Numbered from the stretch's first letter, positions 20,750 through 34,320 are shown. The stretch is 64,000 nucleotides of DNA from Lama glama (GCA_028534125.1 CM052816.1:56236001-56300000), one strand, 5' to 3'. Program-made: numbers and translations. Notes: a model not told the origin generated them from the letters alone.

Positions 20750-21169
20750 GGCTGGAGCACAATGAAAACAGAACTTTGGTCCGCAGTCCGCAGCAACCAG
20801 CCCAGGATGTCAGCCTGCAATCTACAAGTCACACTTGCAGGAGGTCAGCCCACTATCTCTGGCAACTGGTCCCGGAAGCCAAACAATAACCTGTGTGACA
20901 ATTGGCCCAAACACTCAAGATTTGATTAACAACTTCCAGCTTCCTTAAGTTTTGTTCCTGCTTCCAGTTTAGAACCACTCCGAAAAAATCAAGTGAGCCC
21001 CTGCTAACCATCATCTGGGATGCCTGCTTCTGGTTATCCAGCCTCCAGCTTCCCCAGGCCACCAGCCTCCGATGAGGGAATATCCGAAACCTTCCCTTTT
21101 CTCCTCTCTACCACTTTCCCACTTCTGTGCCTGCCTTGGAGTCTCTGTCAAACCGCACGTGACAGTAGC
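20750..21169 (+). mobile_element. Old ERV1-type LTR fragment (MER-type), truncated by the assembly gap
   Basis: Motifs CAACCAGCCCAGG, GGAAGCCAAACAATAAC and ACAATTGGCCCAAA resemble eutherian ERV1 LTRs; family not confirmed. Confidence 0.55.
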
Positions 21170-21269
21170 NNNNNNNNNNNNNNNNNNNNNNNNNNNNNNN
21201 NNNNNNNNNNNNNNNNNNNNNNNNNNNNNNNNNNNNNNNNNNNNNNNNNNNNNNNNNNNNNNNNNNNNN
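21170..21269. other. Assembly gap (100 N)
   Basis: Run of N. Confidence 1.
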
Positions 21270-22284
21270 TTCAGAGGAGGAAAAAAATGTACATTGAGGC
21301 ATGACTACGAATTAAAAGCAATTTGACTAAGTAAATTATAAATCTACCATAATCTCATCCAGCTCTGCTTACAGCCCAGCTTGCTTTGTGAGTCTGAGGG
21401 AAACCAAATGAGACAAAGTTTCTGTCTTTCTCTCTTTGCTCCCGTTTCCTTGGCAACCATAATCTTTATCTGCGCAAAGATGGGCGACTGCATCGAGGAA
21501 AGGCAGTTGGAAGTTCAGCAAAGTCTGTCACAAATCCCTTTCTTGTGTTATCAGATGATTGGGCGTGTTACGAAAAGTGCTTTTACACCCAGTGTTGAGA
21601 TGGTGCTGGGAGTGTTTACGGGAGATCCTAGAAACACTGACAGTACTTTTTTCTCCACGAGACATGCTAATATTGTAACTACAAAGAAGATGAAATCAGT
21701 AGACACAAACTAGGCACTTGCAAAGTGAGAACTCAAATGTCTCTCCCTCTGAGGGTCTGACTAGTATATTTACAAGCTCTAAATTGCAAACACGGAGTTC
21801 TGGCCAAGGCATTGCTGCCAGGAGTACCATTTTGAGAGAACAGATCTTGGAATTTTGCGATCATGTGTCTGCCCCGAAAGGAAGGAAGGGAGAAAGAGGA
21901 AAAAGCAGAAGATAGCCCTGGAGAGAGGTCTCTGGTGGGCGCTGGGCCACCTCACATCCCTTCCTGGTACTTTGTGAGGGTGCATCTATTCAAGAGATAG
22001 GGGTCAGCCAGCACCCTTTTTCAAAACGGAAAGACCTAAGCCCCATTTTGGGAGCTGTTAGTCATTCACCCCTTCGTATGACTCAGGCCCTGCTGAGGGG
22101 TGGGCAGGGGTTGGGAGTGCTGAGAAGCTTCCTCAGGGAACTGTGGAAAGGTGCTTGCCTGAGTGGGGCTTGCACCACGACATTCCCTGGGGAACACGGG
22201 AGCTGGGAGGCCTGGGGGTGTGCTAGCAGCCAGTGGGAGTGGGAGAAGAATGAGAAAGGTAATATTTTACTTCAAAATGTTACA

Positions 22285-22635
22285 GTTAGGAGGGAAGGAG
22301 AGATGAATGGGCAGAGCACAGAAGAGTTTTAGGGTCCCGAAACCATTCCATATTGATGCTATGATGGTCGAAACATGTCATTAGACATTTGTCCAAATCC
22401 ATAGAACACACACTGAGTGAACTCGAACACAAACTGTGGACTTCAGGTGATAATGGTGTGTCAATGTACGTTCCTAACAGGCACAGGTTGTAATTAATGG
22501 ACCACTCTCGTGGAGATGCTGATAGAGGGGTGATGGTGTGTTGCGTGGGGGTCAGCGTGTCTGTAGGAACTCTGCACTTTGTACCCAAGTTTGCTGGGAA
22601 CCTACAATTGCTCTAAAAAAATAAAGTTCATTAAA
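22285..22635 (+). mobile_element. L1 3' end (L1MC/L1MB-like)
   Basis: CATTTGTCCAAATCCATAGAA...GGAACTCTGCACTTT...CTCTAAAAAAATAAAGT. Confidence 0.7.
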
Positions 22636-23536
22636 TACTCCCAAATAAAAAGAAACAAAAGGAGTCTTTTAAGGATATCAAATAAATTGTTTAATCTAAT
22701 CAAGTATAATGTGTGCATATATATATAAAAAAAACTGTTACCACGGGTGGACGCCATGCACGGGAAAGAGAGAAAGCTCTTCCTCCCATGCTTGCGTTCA
22801 TTGTCCCAGGACCCAGGGTGAGGCTGGGCCAGTGGAGGATCAGGAAACGAGTCATGATGGGTAACCAGGGAACTAACCATCAATTATAATGTCGCCGCTG
22901 GGAGGATATGTCCCCTGTTCTAGCTGCGAACTTACAATCCACACTGTCAGAACCGACGCAATCACAGGTTAAGACAGTGTGTATTTTGGCAAATATCTAC
23001 ACATGAATACCTCTACACACAGTGTCAATGCTGATTCAGAGATATTTTTTTTCTGCTAGTTTTTTTTCTCCACAAGACCTCGTGTTTGAAATTTAAGTGC
23101 TGTAACATATTTTAATTTCCATTTTCAGGTATTTCTCTGGAGCAGAAAGTAACTTTGTAAATGACAGTATGGGTGTACAAATGCCCATAGGACTAGAAAT
23201 TCATTTCATCATTCACTGGTTTATTTGCTGGAAAAAATTTTTTTCAAAAACAAAGAAGGGAGGGATAATAATCCCAGGTGGAAATGTAGAAATGTTCAGA
23301 GATAAAGCAAACCATTTGGTAAAAACAATGGCTCTTTCAAAAAGCTCTAGTAGAGCTGACTGAAGAGAGCTGGGGGGAAGCAGACTGCTCCTCTCTCCGG
23401 TGACACTAGGCTGGCCTTGCTGGCCTGCGCTAGGGCCGGGCTCTTCAAGGTCTCTGTGAGGAGGCACTTTTGAGCCTGGGGGTCCCTGGGGGTGGAGAAT
23501 GGGGTGGGGTACAGAGGTACGATGGAGGCAGGTAAC

Positions 23537-24138
23537 AGGTGATCAGGTTCTAGTCTCATCGTAGAAAGAATTCAGAGAGGAGACACAGAGGTCAAGAAAG
23601 TAAAGTGACATTTATTAAGCTATAGATAGGATGGTCTCAAGGGGAGAGCGGGCAGGTTGAAGTTAGCAGCTGCCCTGAGTTTCTATGGCAAGCTGGTTGC
23701 ATTGGGTGTAAAAATGAATGGGCAGAATATTCCTTAGGGAGGGAAAGATTCGGGGTGGGATCATATTCCCTGATCTCTGTCCCAGCTCCACCTTCCCGAA
23801 GGGAGGAGGGATTTTTGTCCTTATTTAGTCTGGATTAGAAGTGTCAGAAGTACGCACCGTTGCATGATGGGTACTTCTAATCTGCAAGGCTAATTCCATT
23901 GGAATGACGGCACCCTGAGCAAAGGTTACATTGGAGATTCCTGCCTTTGCCCACCTTTCTTTGCCTGCTTCCAGGACACTTGTCATCCAAAAATGTGTGA
24001 TTTCTTATCAATCTGGAGCTTCTTGCCTTTTTTCCTGTCTGCCCAAGGACCCCCGTTGTTCACAAGATGTGGGGCTTCCTGTATTTGGCCTGTCCCCCCC
24101 TTTCTATGCTCATATCTAGCTACCTGCCTGCTCTAACA
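23537..24138 (-). mobile_element. Probable solo LTR, ERV1-class
   Basis: Minus strand begins TGTTAGAGCAGGCAGGTAGCTAGATATGAGC and has AATAAA near the far end (tttatt 23611). The left boundary and TSD are not clean. Confidence 0.7.
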
Positions 24139-27100
24139 CAACCGCCTCCAAGGGCAGAATCCTGAGGCTTCGGGCTGGCTCTTCCTGTGCTCAGACCTTC
24201 AGCATTCAGTGAGTTACTCAGGCTGGGTGGTGAGCTGTCGTTAGCCGATCCTTTCCCACCACTGAGAACAGGGAATGAGCAGGACTCCTCCCTTTGCATC
24301 TTGGAGAAAGCTTGCAGGTGCTCTTTAGAACCTCGAGGTCGGAAGGGGTGGCTGTAACTGCACCTAGAAACCAGGGGCCAGGCAGGAGCCCTCGGTGGAG
24401 AGCAGAGCAGGAGAACCAGGGAGTGGAGAAGAGCTGTCCATCCCCCCCCTCCTGGGGTTTGGGTCACACATGGACACCCTAGTTCACAGGTGGGCCTGGA
24501 GGGGCGTCAGCGAGTCCGTGATGGGCATAGCACCCGTCTCTGTAACCTACGGCACTGGACAGAGCCTGCCAGAAAGGAAGGACAGATGAGTAGACAGAGA
24601 AGCTGGTGCCCAACACAGGAGCCCCACCATCAGTGGGAAATGTTAGTGTTTAGAAAAGCATTTTCTCTTCTTCCTGCTGTGCTTCACAGGGGTCAGACCT
24701 GGGATGTGGTCTGAAGGCTCTCCCTGCCTCCTGCGGTACAGAGGACTTGCTCCTGTACATATCCTGCTGGTCTCATCCCGTCTTGACATCTGCTTCTTGG
24801 AGGACCCGATTGTCTCAGGAGGGTTACAGCTGAAGACTAAGACTGAAGCCACCCCTCCCTGTTCTCTCACCCCGCGGCCCTGGGATTGCGTGTGGGCCAG
24901 GCAGGCCTAGGAGCAGGTGAGGGACGCTTTCGGAAAGGGGCACGATCACCCCAGTGACCCAGCTTTTGGTGTCTCACTTCCAGAGGGGTAGCTTCTTCAC
25001 TTACTTTTTCATCTTTGGGGAGATGCCTGAATGTTTTTGAAACTGTGGTAGCATTTGGCAACGAGCTGCCTGAGCAGAGTGATACGAGCGCTCTGCTCAC
25101 AACGAAGCTGCAGTTTTAGGCAGAATCTTCAGAGCATCTCCGCAACTAACAACTCCTGGAAACTGGGCGGTAGTTGCAGGATGCATAACATCTGCTTATT
25201 TCATTTTGTTACAAGTCACCTGGGCAAACACTCTTCCTCCCTCTGCCCCGTAAGTGAGCTAATGTCCAATTAGAACACTCTGGTTAGTAGCAGCAGCCAT
25301 CATCCAGGGGCCGTCAACAGCAAAGCCTTCAAGGAAATGGCACGTCTCCATTTAACAAAACAAAACCATTAGTTTTCTTCTAGCTCAGATGGGCCATTTG
25401 CTAATGTCCTACCAGCTCTAAGAGCTTATTTTCTGAGGAAGAAGCAGCCTTGGTTTCTTGGCAAAGAAACTACTCCTTTTATCTGGGGGTGTTAAATAAA
25501 AGGATTTGGGAGCCATCGAATGTGCATTTTACAATAACGTGGCTTTATAACTGCACCATGGCCCACTCCCTTCTGATGGGTTTTAAAAGCAGGCCTATTC
25601 TGTCTATTCAAGATTTTCCACCAGAGACCTTTGAGCATTGTTATGAAATAGATGCCCAGCACACTGAGTTCCACAGTTATTTCTCCTCCTATTTTTTTCC
25701 CCTCAAATTACTAGAATGTTCCTCAGGAACAGCAGGTTGATGGAATGTACGTGTGAGGACCTTCCAGCGTAGGAAGCAGCAGGAAGCCCACGCTGGTCAC
25801 CTTCAGTTTACTAAACACCCTGACCCCCTAGCAAGTGTCTTTCTTCAAGGTCAGTTTTCCAGTGCTGATGCGTAGAATTGGGAGACGTCCAAAGGACCAC
25901 TGATGGATGCAGGTATCTCGATGCCACCGGCCAGGCCTGAGGACAGCTGGAGACACAGGTGTTGTGAGCTGCGTTCCTGTCCCGCCTCAGGGCGCCTGGG
26001 GCAAACTGGATGGGGTAGGGGTGAATGAAGGTGGTCTCAACCGGGGCTCCACCCAAAAGCTGAAAGTTCCCTTTCAGGGCTCTGCGCGGGTTTTCTCTCT
26101 GTACTCCAAAGGCAAAACTTTCGCAATAGCCTGGGATCAGAGCTATTACCAGTCTGGGGTTTCTGGTCAACCTGGAATCTCGACTCACGGCCTGTGCTTA
26201 ATTTTCTGCGGTGACAATTAAAGCTCATGAAAAAGCTGACACATTGTTTTCAGCCTTCAGTTCGTCTCTGTGATTCACTTCAAAGTCTTAAGGAAGGAGG
26301 AGAGGAAACTATATTAGTCACAGGGAAAAAAAAAGTTGGGGCCTCCCTGTTTCCGTCGTAAACTTAATTGGAGAGTCCTTGAATGACTTCCACTGAGAAA
26401 AGCCCCTTCTGCTGAAACGTTAACAGCAGGAGAGGAAGCTGAGTCCCCTCCGCATGCTGTCCTTCACCCTCTGGAAATGCCATTGAGGGGACAAAACAGG
26501 ATCCCCGGCAGCCACAGGCCTTGTCGCCAGATCTTCCTTCGAGTTTAACCGAAGGAGAAATGATAGACGATGAAGACTACATTTTTTAAAACTAGAGAAA
26601 GTTCCCCGGAGAATTGATGAAAATGATCTCAAACTTCTTCTGACCAAAATGAAAATATCTAAGTAATCTAGGTTGTCCCAGGTAGGGTGCGATGCCTCAC
26701 ACTAGACTGATATAAATAGTAATAAAGATTCAGCTTGTTATTTAACCTGATTGTCATAGTTCCAGATGGGAATATTTCCCAGGGAATTTGAAAAAAATAT
26801 TTTTGGAGGTGAGATGTGGGGCTTTCTGTGGCTCCTGTGGTGGGTGTGAGGGTCCACAGAGGTGCACCAAAGGCCTGGATGAAAGATGATGAAAATATGT
26901 TAGCTTGCTACTGGGAAGTGATTTTTAAAAACCATTCAGCTTTTGAGAAAGACGAATCAAGGAAGAGCCTCAGTTAAGCCATTGTGTAATACAATTTTGA
27001 AAGCCTTTGAGAATGACTAGTGTGAAAGCTAATAAGCAAGAATTGTTTGGCATCTGGGACACACCTTTTCACAGAGAAGGTGTTATCCTTGATAAGGGGA

Positions 27101-27434
27101 CTTCCCATGATGGCCCCTGAAGTTTTGTGGCCCAAATGTAGCTGACCCATAATCCCATTCTTGCTTGGATTCTGATGAATTTGGTCATGGGGGTGGAGCC
27201 AGGAGGATCAATCATATGCAGTCATGAGAATTAATCTGCCCCCTGCATTTTTCTTTTAATATGTCATTGAGTTCTTTCCATGGGAATATTTTTCTAATCT
27301 TGTTCTCTTTCCCTCTGGAAGCAGGTTGGGCATCAGGACATTAGGACCATTGTAGACACCCTGGCTGAGCTCTCCATATCATTCAATCAGCAGACATGTC
27401 CAACCAGAAACGGAACTTGTTCTGTTCTGTTCTT

Positions 27435-27820
27435 TTCTTTTTTCTTTTTATTGAAGTATGGTCAGTTTACAACGTTGTGTCAGTTTCTGGTGTACAGCAT
27501 AATGTTTCAGTCATACATATACAGACATATATTCATTTTCATATTGTTTTCCATTATAGGTTACTGCAAGATATTGAATATAGTTCCCTGTGCTACAGTA
27601 GAAACTTGTCATTTATCTATTTTATGTATAGTAGTTAGTCTCTGCAAATCTCAAACTCCCAATTTATTCCTTCCCACCTCTTTCTCCCCCTGGTGACCAT
27701 AAGTTTGTTGTCTATGTCTGTGGGCCTGTTTCTGTTTTGTAAATAAGTTCATTTGTGGTTTTGTTGTTAGATTCTACATATAGGTGATACCATAAGGCAT
27801 TTTTCTTTCTCTTTCTGGCT
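27435..27820 (-). mobile_element. L1 3' end (artiodactyl-type)
   Basis: Poly-T followed by TTGAAGTATGGTCAGTTTACAA...GTTCCCTGTGCTACAGTAG...GATTCTACATATAGGTGATA. Confidence 0.85.
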
Positions 27821-29734
27821 GAGACCTTATTCTTTTCTCTTTCACGTGCTGCAGGCCTCCTCACTCCAAGCTGCCTAATAAGCACTTGTACTTCACTTCT
27901 AACTGTTCTTTCTGGGTTTCCTTTGCCAGTTTAGACCTGGAACTTCAAGCATTTTGAATGAATGGAATCAGAACATACATTCTCAGTGGCTTGGCTATGG
28001 ACAGAACTTCTTAACACAATCTCTCATCAGCATTACTTTGCAGAAGTATAGTCTGTTGGCCAACAGCTCAGATCTCCAAACGACTTTCTTTGAACTCTTT
28101 GCAGTGCATTTAACACCCCATTGTGGTCTGTAGGTTTGGCCCTGTGGACCCTCTTACCGTCATGTGCTGGGATCTATGTCAATCAATATTGTCACAGGAT
28201 GTAATATGTTCAGCTAAGAGCTGATGGACTGGGAAGCAGAGCAGACGTGTAACAGCATGGTCTGCCGATCGTAAATGCAAGAGGAGACGATGAACGTGCA
28301 AAGCATTTACCCAGGTTAATTGGCGGACCTTACGCCGTCTTCCTGTCTTTAACAGCAACATGGATATTTTAATAGATGCTCTCTCTGAAGTATAGACGAC
28401 ATGATGAACGAATAGATGTGCCATTTATTTTTTAACTACTTTTAGCCTTGAGATAAATGACTAGAATAGAATTGCACACATTTGTTGATTGATGAAATGG
28501 AAGTTGAGTAAATGAAAGTGTTTCTTTCTCCCTCTGATGCCTTCTTCTGTGGGCACTAGGGCTTCTTTTTATATTGAGGCGAGCCCTAAGGCACAGTGGC
28601 GTTGCTGCTGTAATAGGGACGCCTGGCTTCATCGTATTTTCCTAGCTTGCAGTGACATCAGCCTAGGTCACTAGGAGCCGCATGGGTCTCATGATGCAGG
28701 TCTTTCATCTGGAATGTCTCTGCACTCGACAACCATTACTGCTTTAATCATCGCCACACCCCTGAGAGGAACCTGAGGTGGAAACTCGGACCCTCAGTCT
28801 AGTACTACAGGTGAAGGAGGTAAGGAAGACATACTGAGCGACTAGACGGCCCCCACACCCCGACAGCCCGCAGGCAGCACGCCAGCACTGAGGAACTGGG
28901 GTCACACTTTCAGCCACGGGGCTGTGTTTCTGTGCAGAACGTCCAGCCACTGAGACAGGTATTGCGTCAGCAGGCGATGTGAATGGAGTCCCAGAACCGG
29001 GTAAGCTAGCTTCATTCTGGCTTGACTGATTATAAAGGAATACTCGTGTGACACGGGGAAAAATTTAGTTCTTTCAGAGGATTTTGAACTGTTGGTTTGG
29101 GGCAGCCTGATGGGGAAATTAGACCAGAGGAGCAGACGTAGAGCTCACTGGTCTTGCTCTTGGACTGGCCTCCCCTCCGCCCCCGAGGCCAGCAGGCGCC
29201 GTCTCCCACGCAGACGCAGAGCATCCGCGGACACGCACACACACACGCACGCCCTCCGGCTCTCCTCTGGCTCTGAGACTCTTTTTCAGTTGACAGTTGA
29301 AGAAGATCTACAATACTAGGATATGAAGAATTAAATTAAAACTGTATTTCATCTAAAAAAGCCTCAGAGGACAAAGCGCCTGTTGCTGCTGAGCCAGTTT
29401 ATTTTTCCCTGAGGCGCCTAGGGTCTGTCCGAGAGCTAAAGAGGCCCTTGGCCACGGGCATGCGAGGCCTCAGGAATGCGGGAGGGGCACGCGCGGCTGG
29501 GGTCTGCTGGTCGCATCACGGACAGCGAGTGCTCACCGAGGGATACAGGGCCTGTTAGGCGGGTAACCTGGGGAAGAAAAGTGCTGATGTGAAGTGATGC
29601 TGCACAGGACCACTTACTTCATTCAAGTGTGTGAGAAAGGGTTACATACAGCATCATTTTGAGTCTTGGTTACTTGCAGCCCATTTGGGGCAAGCTGTGT
29701 TCCTGCCCTAAAGGAGTGGGTCTTAAGGTGGAGG

Positions 29735-30283
29735 TGTAGGAAAACCGGGCGAGAGGGGATGGCGGTGTCCCAGGTCTTGGGCGAGTCCCTGGGACGCACC
29801 CCATCAAGTGAGGGTCCTTGGCTTTGCACAGGAAAGCGTTCAAGAGTGAGACATAGTGAAGTGAAAGTAGATTTATTCAGAGATACACACTCCGCAGACA
29901 GAGTGCGGGCCTCTCAGAAGGCGAGAGAGAGGGCAACCCCGAGGTGCGGGGTCAGTGGGTTTTGTAGGCTCAGTAACTTCATATGCTAACAAGTGGGAGG
30001 GTTATTCCAGGTACTTGGGAGAAGGGGCAGGGACTCCCAGAACTGGGCCACTGCCCACTTTCTGGCCTTTTGTGGTCAGCCTGGAAGCTGTCATGGTGCC
30101 TGTGGGAGTGCCACTTAGCATGCTGATGTATCACAGTGAGCGTAATGCGGCTCAAGGTCTACTGGGGGAGCCAGCGCTCCCGCCATCTTGGGCCTAGTTG
30201 GGTTTTAACCAGGTTTTGTCCTAATTTCAATTGCTGTGTCATTCCTTTGTTGGTTGTGCCCTGCCCCTTTCCCTCCTGTCTCA
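29735..30283 (-). mobile_element. Solo LTR, ERV1-class (549 bp)
   Basis: TG...CA termini flanked by a 4-bp TSD GAGG (29731-29734, 30284-30287); minus-strand AATAAA (tttatt ~29872). Confidence 0.85.
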
Positions 30284-30433
30284 GAGGGACCCTGAAGAGA
30301 TGACCTAGTCCAGAGGTTCTCCTGTCCATCAGACTCAGTGCTTCTTTTTCTACTCATTATAAATATTTTGTCATTTCCCCCTTTACTGTCTAAAACTTGC
30401 CAGATGACCTACCACCCCATGTCCTAGTACCAC

Positions 30434-30850
30434 TGTAGTGTTGGGGCTGTGTCACAGCTCAGATCCCCAGGAAAGAACCTGAGGCAGCAGCAGAGGGCGG
30501 GAGGTATGTGGGACTCGCTCCCAGGACCAGCCCGGGTGGGACAGAGGAGGCAGCAGGGCTGGGCAGAGACAGACGTTGGGCCGTGCGTTGAGGCAATCCC
30601 GTGGGAGCTCTGGAACTGGGTGACCCTGCGGAACTGCACCAAAGCAGAGCCTTGTTACCCCCCAGCGGCCAGTCAGTGGACGCAGACAGCTCCTCGGCAG
30701 GAGCCACAGGGTGGGACCTTGGCATTGGCAGCCCTCTGGAGACAGGGGGTTGCAGGGAGAGGGTGGGGGCGCTCAGCAGTGGGCTGGCAGCAGTCCACAC
30801 TCCTGCAGCAGAGGAAACCCTGGAACGGGGGCTGGGGTGGGGCACACAGG
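30434..30850 (-). mobile_element. ERVL LTR (LTR16/LTR33-like) fragment
   Basis: GC-rich block with GCAGGGCTGGGCAGAG and GGGAGCTCTGGAACTGGG motifs; boundaries approximate. Confidence 0.5.
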
Positions 30851-31029
30851 GTCTAGTGCGTCCTGTAATAGGAAGGAAAAAAATAGGAAAGTAACTTATA
30901 ATAAAAGTGTATGTATTTTTGGCATGACTAGACTAAAAGATACTCTGAAGTAATTCCATACTTACAACTACTTCTTTTTTTAATCTTATCTTTCCAACTG
31001 TTGTTTAACAACTACTCAGTTTTCAAAAA

Positions 31030-31167
31030 TTGTTTTCTTTTTTCCCTCAATGTGGGGAGGTAATTTTAGGTTTATTTGTTTATATTTTTAAACAGAGGTA
31101 CTGGGGATTGAACCCAGAACCTTGTGCATGCTAGGCATGTGCTCCACCACTGAGCTTTACCCTCACC
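31030..31167 (-). mobile_element. tRNA-Ala-derived SINE (Vic-1-like)
   Basis: Same head and body as the other copies, on the minus strand. Confidence 0.85.
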
Positions 31168-31176
31168 TTAGTGAGG

Positions 31177-31429
31177 TTTTTTTTTTTTTTTTAATTGATG
31201 TATAGTTGCTTTAGAAAGTTGTGTTAGCTTCAGGGGTACAGCAAAGTGATTCGGTTATACACATATTTTTTTCAGATTCTTTTCCATTATAGGTTATTAC
31301 AAGATACTGAATTCCCTGTACCATACGGTAGCTCCTTGTTGTTTATCTATTTTATATATAGGAGGGCATATCTGTTAATCCCAAGCTCCTAATTTATCCT
31401 CCCACCTTTTCCCCTTTGGTAACCATGAG
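31177..31429 (-). mobile_element. L1 3' end (artiodactyl-type)
   Basis: T16 followed by AATTGATGTATAGTTG...GTACAGCAAAGTGATTC...CCCCTTTGGTAACCAT. Confidence 0.85.
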
Positions 31430-31779
31430 ACAACTATTTCTAATGAATTACTTTGGGTTTAAGAAAAAGCAATACTCAGCTGAGTATTGCCAACTTTGTA
31501 TTTGGCATTTTGAAATAAGTTCCCAGTAAGTGTATTTGGATCTATACTTGAATGCAGCAGTTACATATGCAGGCTGATACATTGTCATCACAGACGTACT
31601 GAAAGGGTGATCAGTTCTTGGTAAAATTCCAAGCAAAACAGGTATCTGCACATGGTGGTTACAGTCTAGAAAAATTCAATGTATATTAAGTCTGTGAAGA
31701 AATAGTTTGTGTTTATGTGTTATATGGAGTCAGATCTTTATCAAGTTTTTCACTTATATAATTGGACATTCATATGAAA

Positions 31780-31972
31780 TTTAGGGTGGGGTATGGGAAA
31801 ATTCTCTGTCACGTGGACCATGTCTCACATTCAGCAAGGTGTTTACCACCTCTGGTTCCACCCACTTAAATGCTAGCGGTGCCTCCCAATCACTGCAACA
31901 ATCAAAAATACTAGCACACATTTCCAAACTTCCCCAAAGGGTACTATCCCTTCCTTTGAAAACTAAGTTGGT
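31780..31972. mobile_element. MER20-like hAT-Charlie remnant
   Basis: CACCCACTTAAATGCTAGCGG...CACATTTCCAAACTTCCCC...TTGAAAACT. Confidence 0.55.
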
Positions 31973-34186
31973 CAACCTTCTGCTTCTAGCCTAAATATAC
32001 ACGTTTTCTCAAGATTTTGTAAAGCAAGAGATGCAGCAACTTCTGGGGCGGGGTCCCTATTTCAGTAAAGTCGTCCAAATTACAGAGCATGGCTATGTGC
32101 TCACATGGGCAAAACCAGAGTCACTCCTGGGCTCCCAAAGCCTTGAGTGCTGACCGCCTGGGCTCTCCCACAAGGCTTGGGGATGCAGCTCTCAAGTGTT
32201 TGAACCCCCAGTAGATGGTCAAAGCCACAATCTGGTTTACGGATGGCTAACACCCAGGAAGGTCTGTGTGCGTCTCGGGCTCCCATCCCTTAGTTGGATT
32301 TTATATTGCCCGCCGTGGCTGCTCACCTGCCTCTTGCTGTGGGAAAGGTGAATTTCAGGAGAAATAAATCTATCATGCTGGCTTAAATACAAGCCAGGGA
32401 AATGGTTATTTTCCCATGTGCTGGATTTGACTCTTAGTGGGGCAGACTCTCCATCTTCCTTTCGTCCTACACCAAACAGCCAGCCCAGCAACACAGCGGA
32501 AGCAGCCTGCCTGGAGGGAAGGATGAGGAATGTCAGGCCAAGGACCAAGGAAATGGGATTAGAGAGAAGAGGAAAGGTTTCTAAGCTGATCTGAAGTACT
32601 AGGCAATAGCAACTCCAGTTGAAATTGAAAAGGAAAGTCTCTAACGTGAATTATTTCACACAGGATGTTTTATGCTAATTCCGATGTTAAGGTTTAAACT
32701 TAACGTGCTTATGCAGCAAAACTGCTGACACCAGGGATGGCGCCATCAGCATAAGGAATTACAAGACTCTGGAAATGACTGCCTGAACCTTAGGGTAACT
32801 TGCATCCAGAAGAGTCCAGGCAAGGCGATGGATGTGTTTTATCTGCGCACCTGAGTAACATACAGGTGTTAGTCAAGTGTTACAGACAAGTGTTAGTCAT
32901 TTGTTTATGAATATTTTCCATTACCACTCATCTCCCAACATATGGCAAACATTTCTTATTGCTTGCTCTGTCCCCTCTTCAACGGGCTGCCAGAAACAGC
33001 TGGCATGTATCTTTTTATGTTTTTGCTGATAACTTTTCTGTTGTGCTGGGTTTCTTCTTGTGATTAGACTGAACAATTGTTGATCTACCAAAGACGTTAG
33101 TTCATTGTTGCTGAGATGCCCAAGAGTGTTTTTTAAATGAATAATCGACCGCATTGCTGATTCTGCCTCTGAAAGTGAGCGTCTGAGGAATTTTCGAACA
33201 AGAGTATGTTGACATAAGCCCCATCCTACACTCCAAGGATCACAGAGTGGTAATGTTCTCAGTTGTGCTATTGCACCTTTGTAGGCTTGACTCGTTCACA
33301 TCTCATCAGAAAAAGCAGTGCTCAAAATTACTTGCACACAGTTGATTGTTAAATCTGATACGGTGCCGCCTTTCTCATTTCAATTTGAGCTCGATTTTAT
33401 GCAACATTTCTTAGTTTTTGAAAAAAATAATAAAAGCAATTCTGAGTATTTGAGCTTCAGGTAAGGAAGCAAAATGGATTTTTCAAATGCCCCCTTGAGA
33501 AGCAGGGACATCACATTCAGCAGTACAGGTTGTGCATGGCACACCTGCTCTTGGAGACCCCAACCACAACCAGCATGTGCAGGTGGACCCGGACTCCTTC
33601 ATAGGAGGCACCGTTAAGTGCATTATGCTGATTCCAAGGACATTCCATTACCCAAGACCTCCTCCCTACTTTGGTTTTCAGATTTGCACTTAGATTCTTA
33701 GAAACATGGACTGATGTGGACAGAGGCATTGTGGGACCTCTCTAGTCCTGGAGATGAGGGAGACTTTACTATTGGAACCCTCCCAAAGTAGGTTAAGTCA
33801 AAAGAATTGTAGTCAATCTGGGTAATATCATTTGCAATAAAAACAAAGGAGGCTCAGAAACTAATCTGAAGGTAATTTCAAACAAGGATTCTAAAAAAAA
33901 AGTGATTTTTTTTCAAATAGTTATTTTTGTAAAAATAAATTACATGCTTGCTTTATTTTAAAAATAAAAGGTTCTCAGTACTTAATTTTTTTCTGCATTC
34001 AATTCTCAATCTTCTATGCTCCTAAGGACAGGAATATCATTTATAACTGACTTTTAACCTTAGCCAAATATTTTATTGGGCTGATGACTAAAACAAAAAA
34101 AGAGCAAATTATAGTTTATCTCCTCTTTTTTATCTCTGCCTGCACATTATGTGTATGTGAGTACATGTATACATTAAAGTAAGGAC

Positions 34187-34320
34187 GTGGGGAGGGTATA
34201 GCTCAGTGGTAGAGCACATGCTTAGCATGTATGAGGCCCTGGGTTCAATTCCCAGTACTTCCTTTAAATTAAAAATAGATAAACCTAATTACCACTCCCG
34301 CCCCTCAAAAAACTTAAAAA
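34187..34320 (+). mobile_element. tRNA-Ala-derived SINE (Vic-1-like)
   Basis: GGGGAGGGTATAGCTCAGTGGTAGAGC...GGGTTCAATTCCCAGTACTTCC, AAACCTAATTACC body, A tail, imperfect AAAGTAARGA TSD. Confidence 0.88.

Noticed and set aside
27096..27106. NF-kB consensus GGGGACTTCCC
   Set aside because: A single short motif with no supporting cluster; expected by chance in this much sequence.
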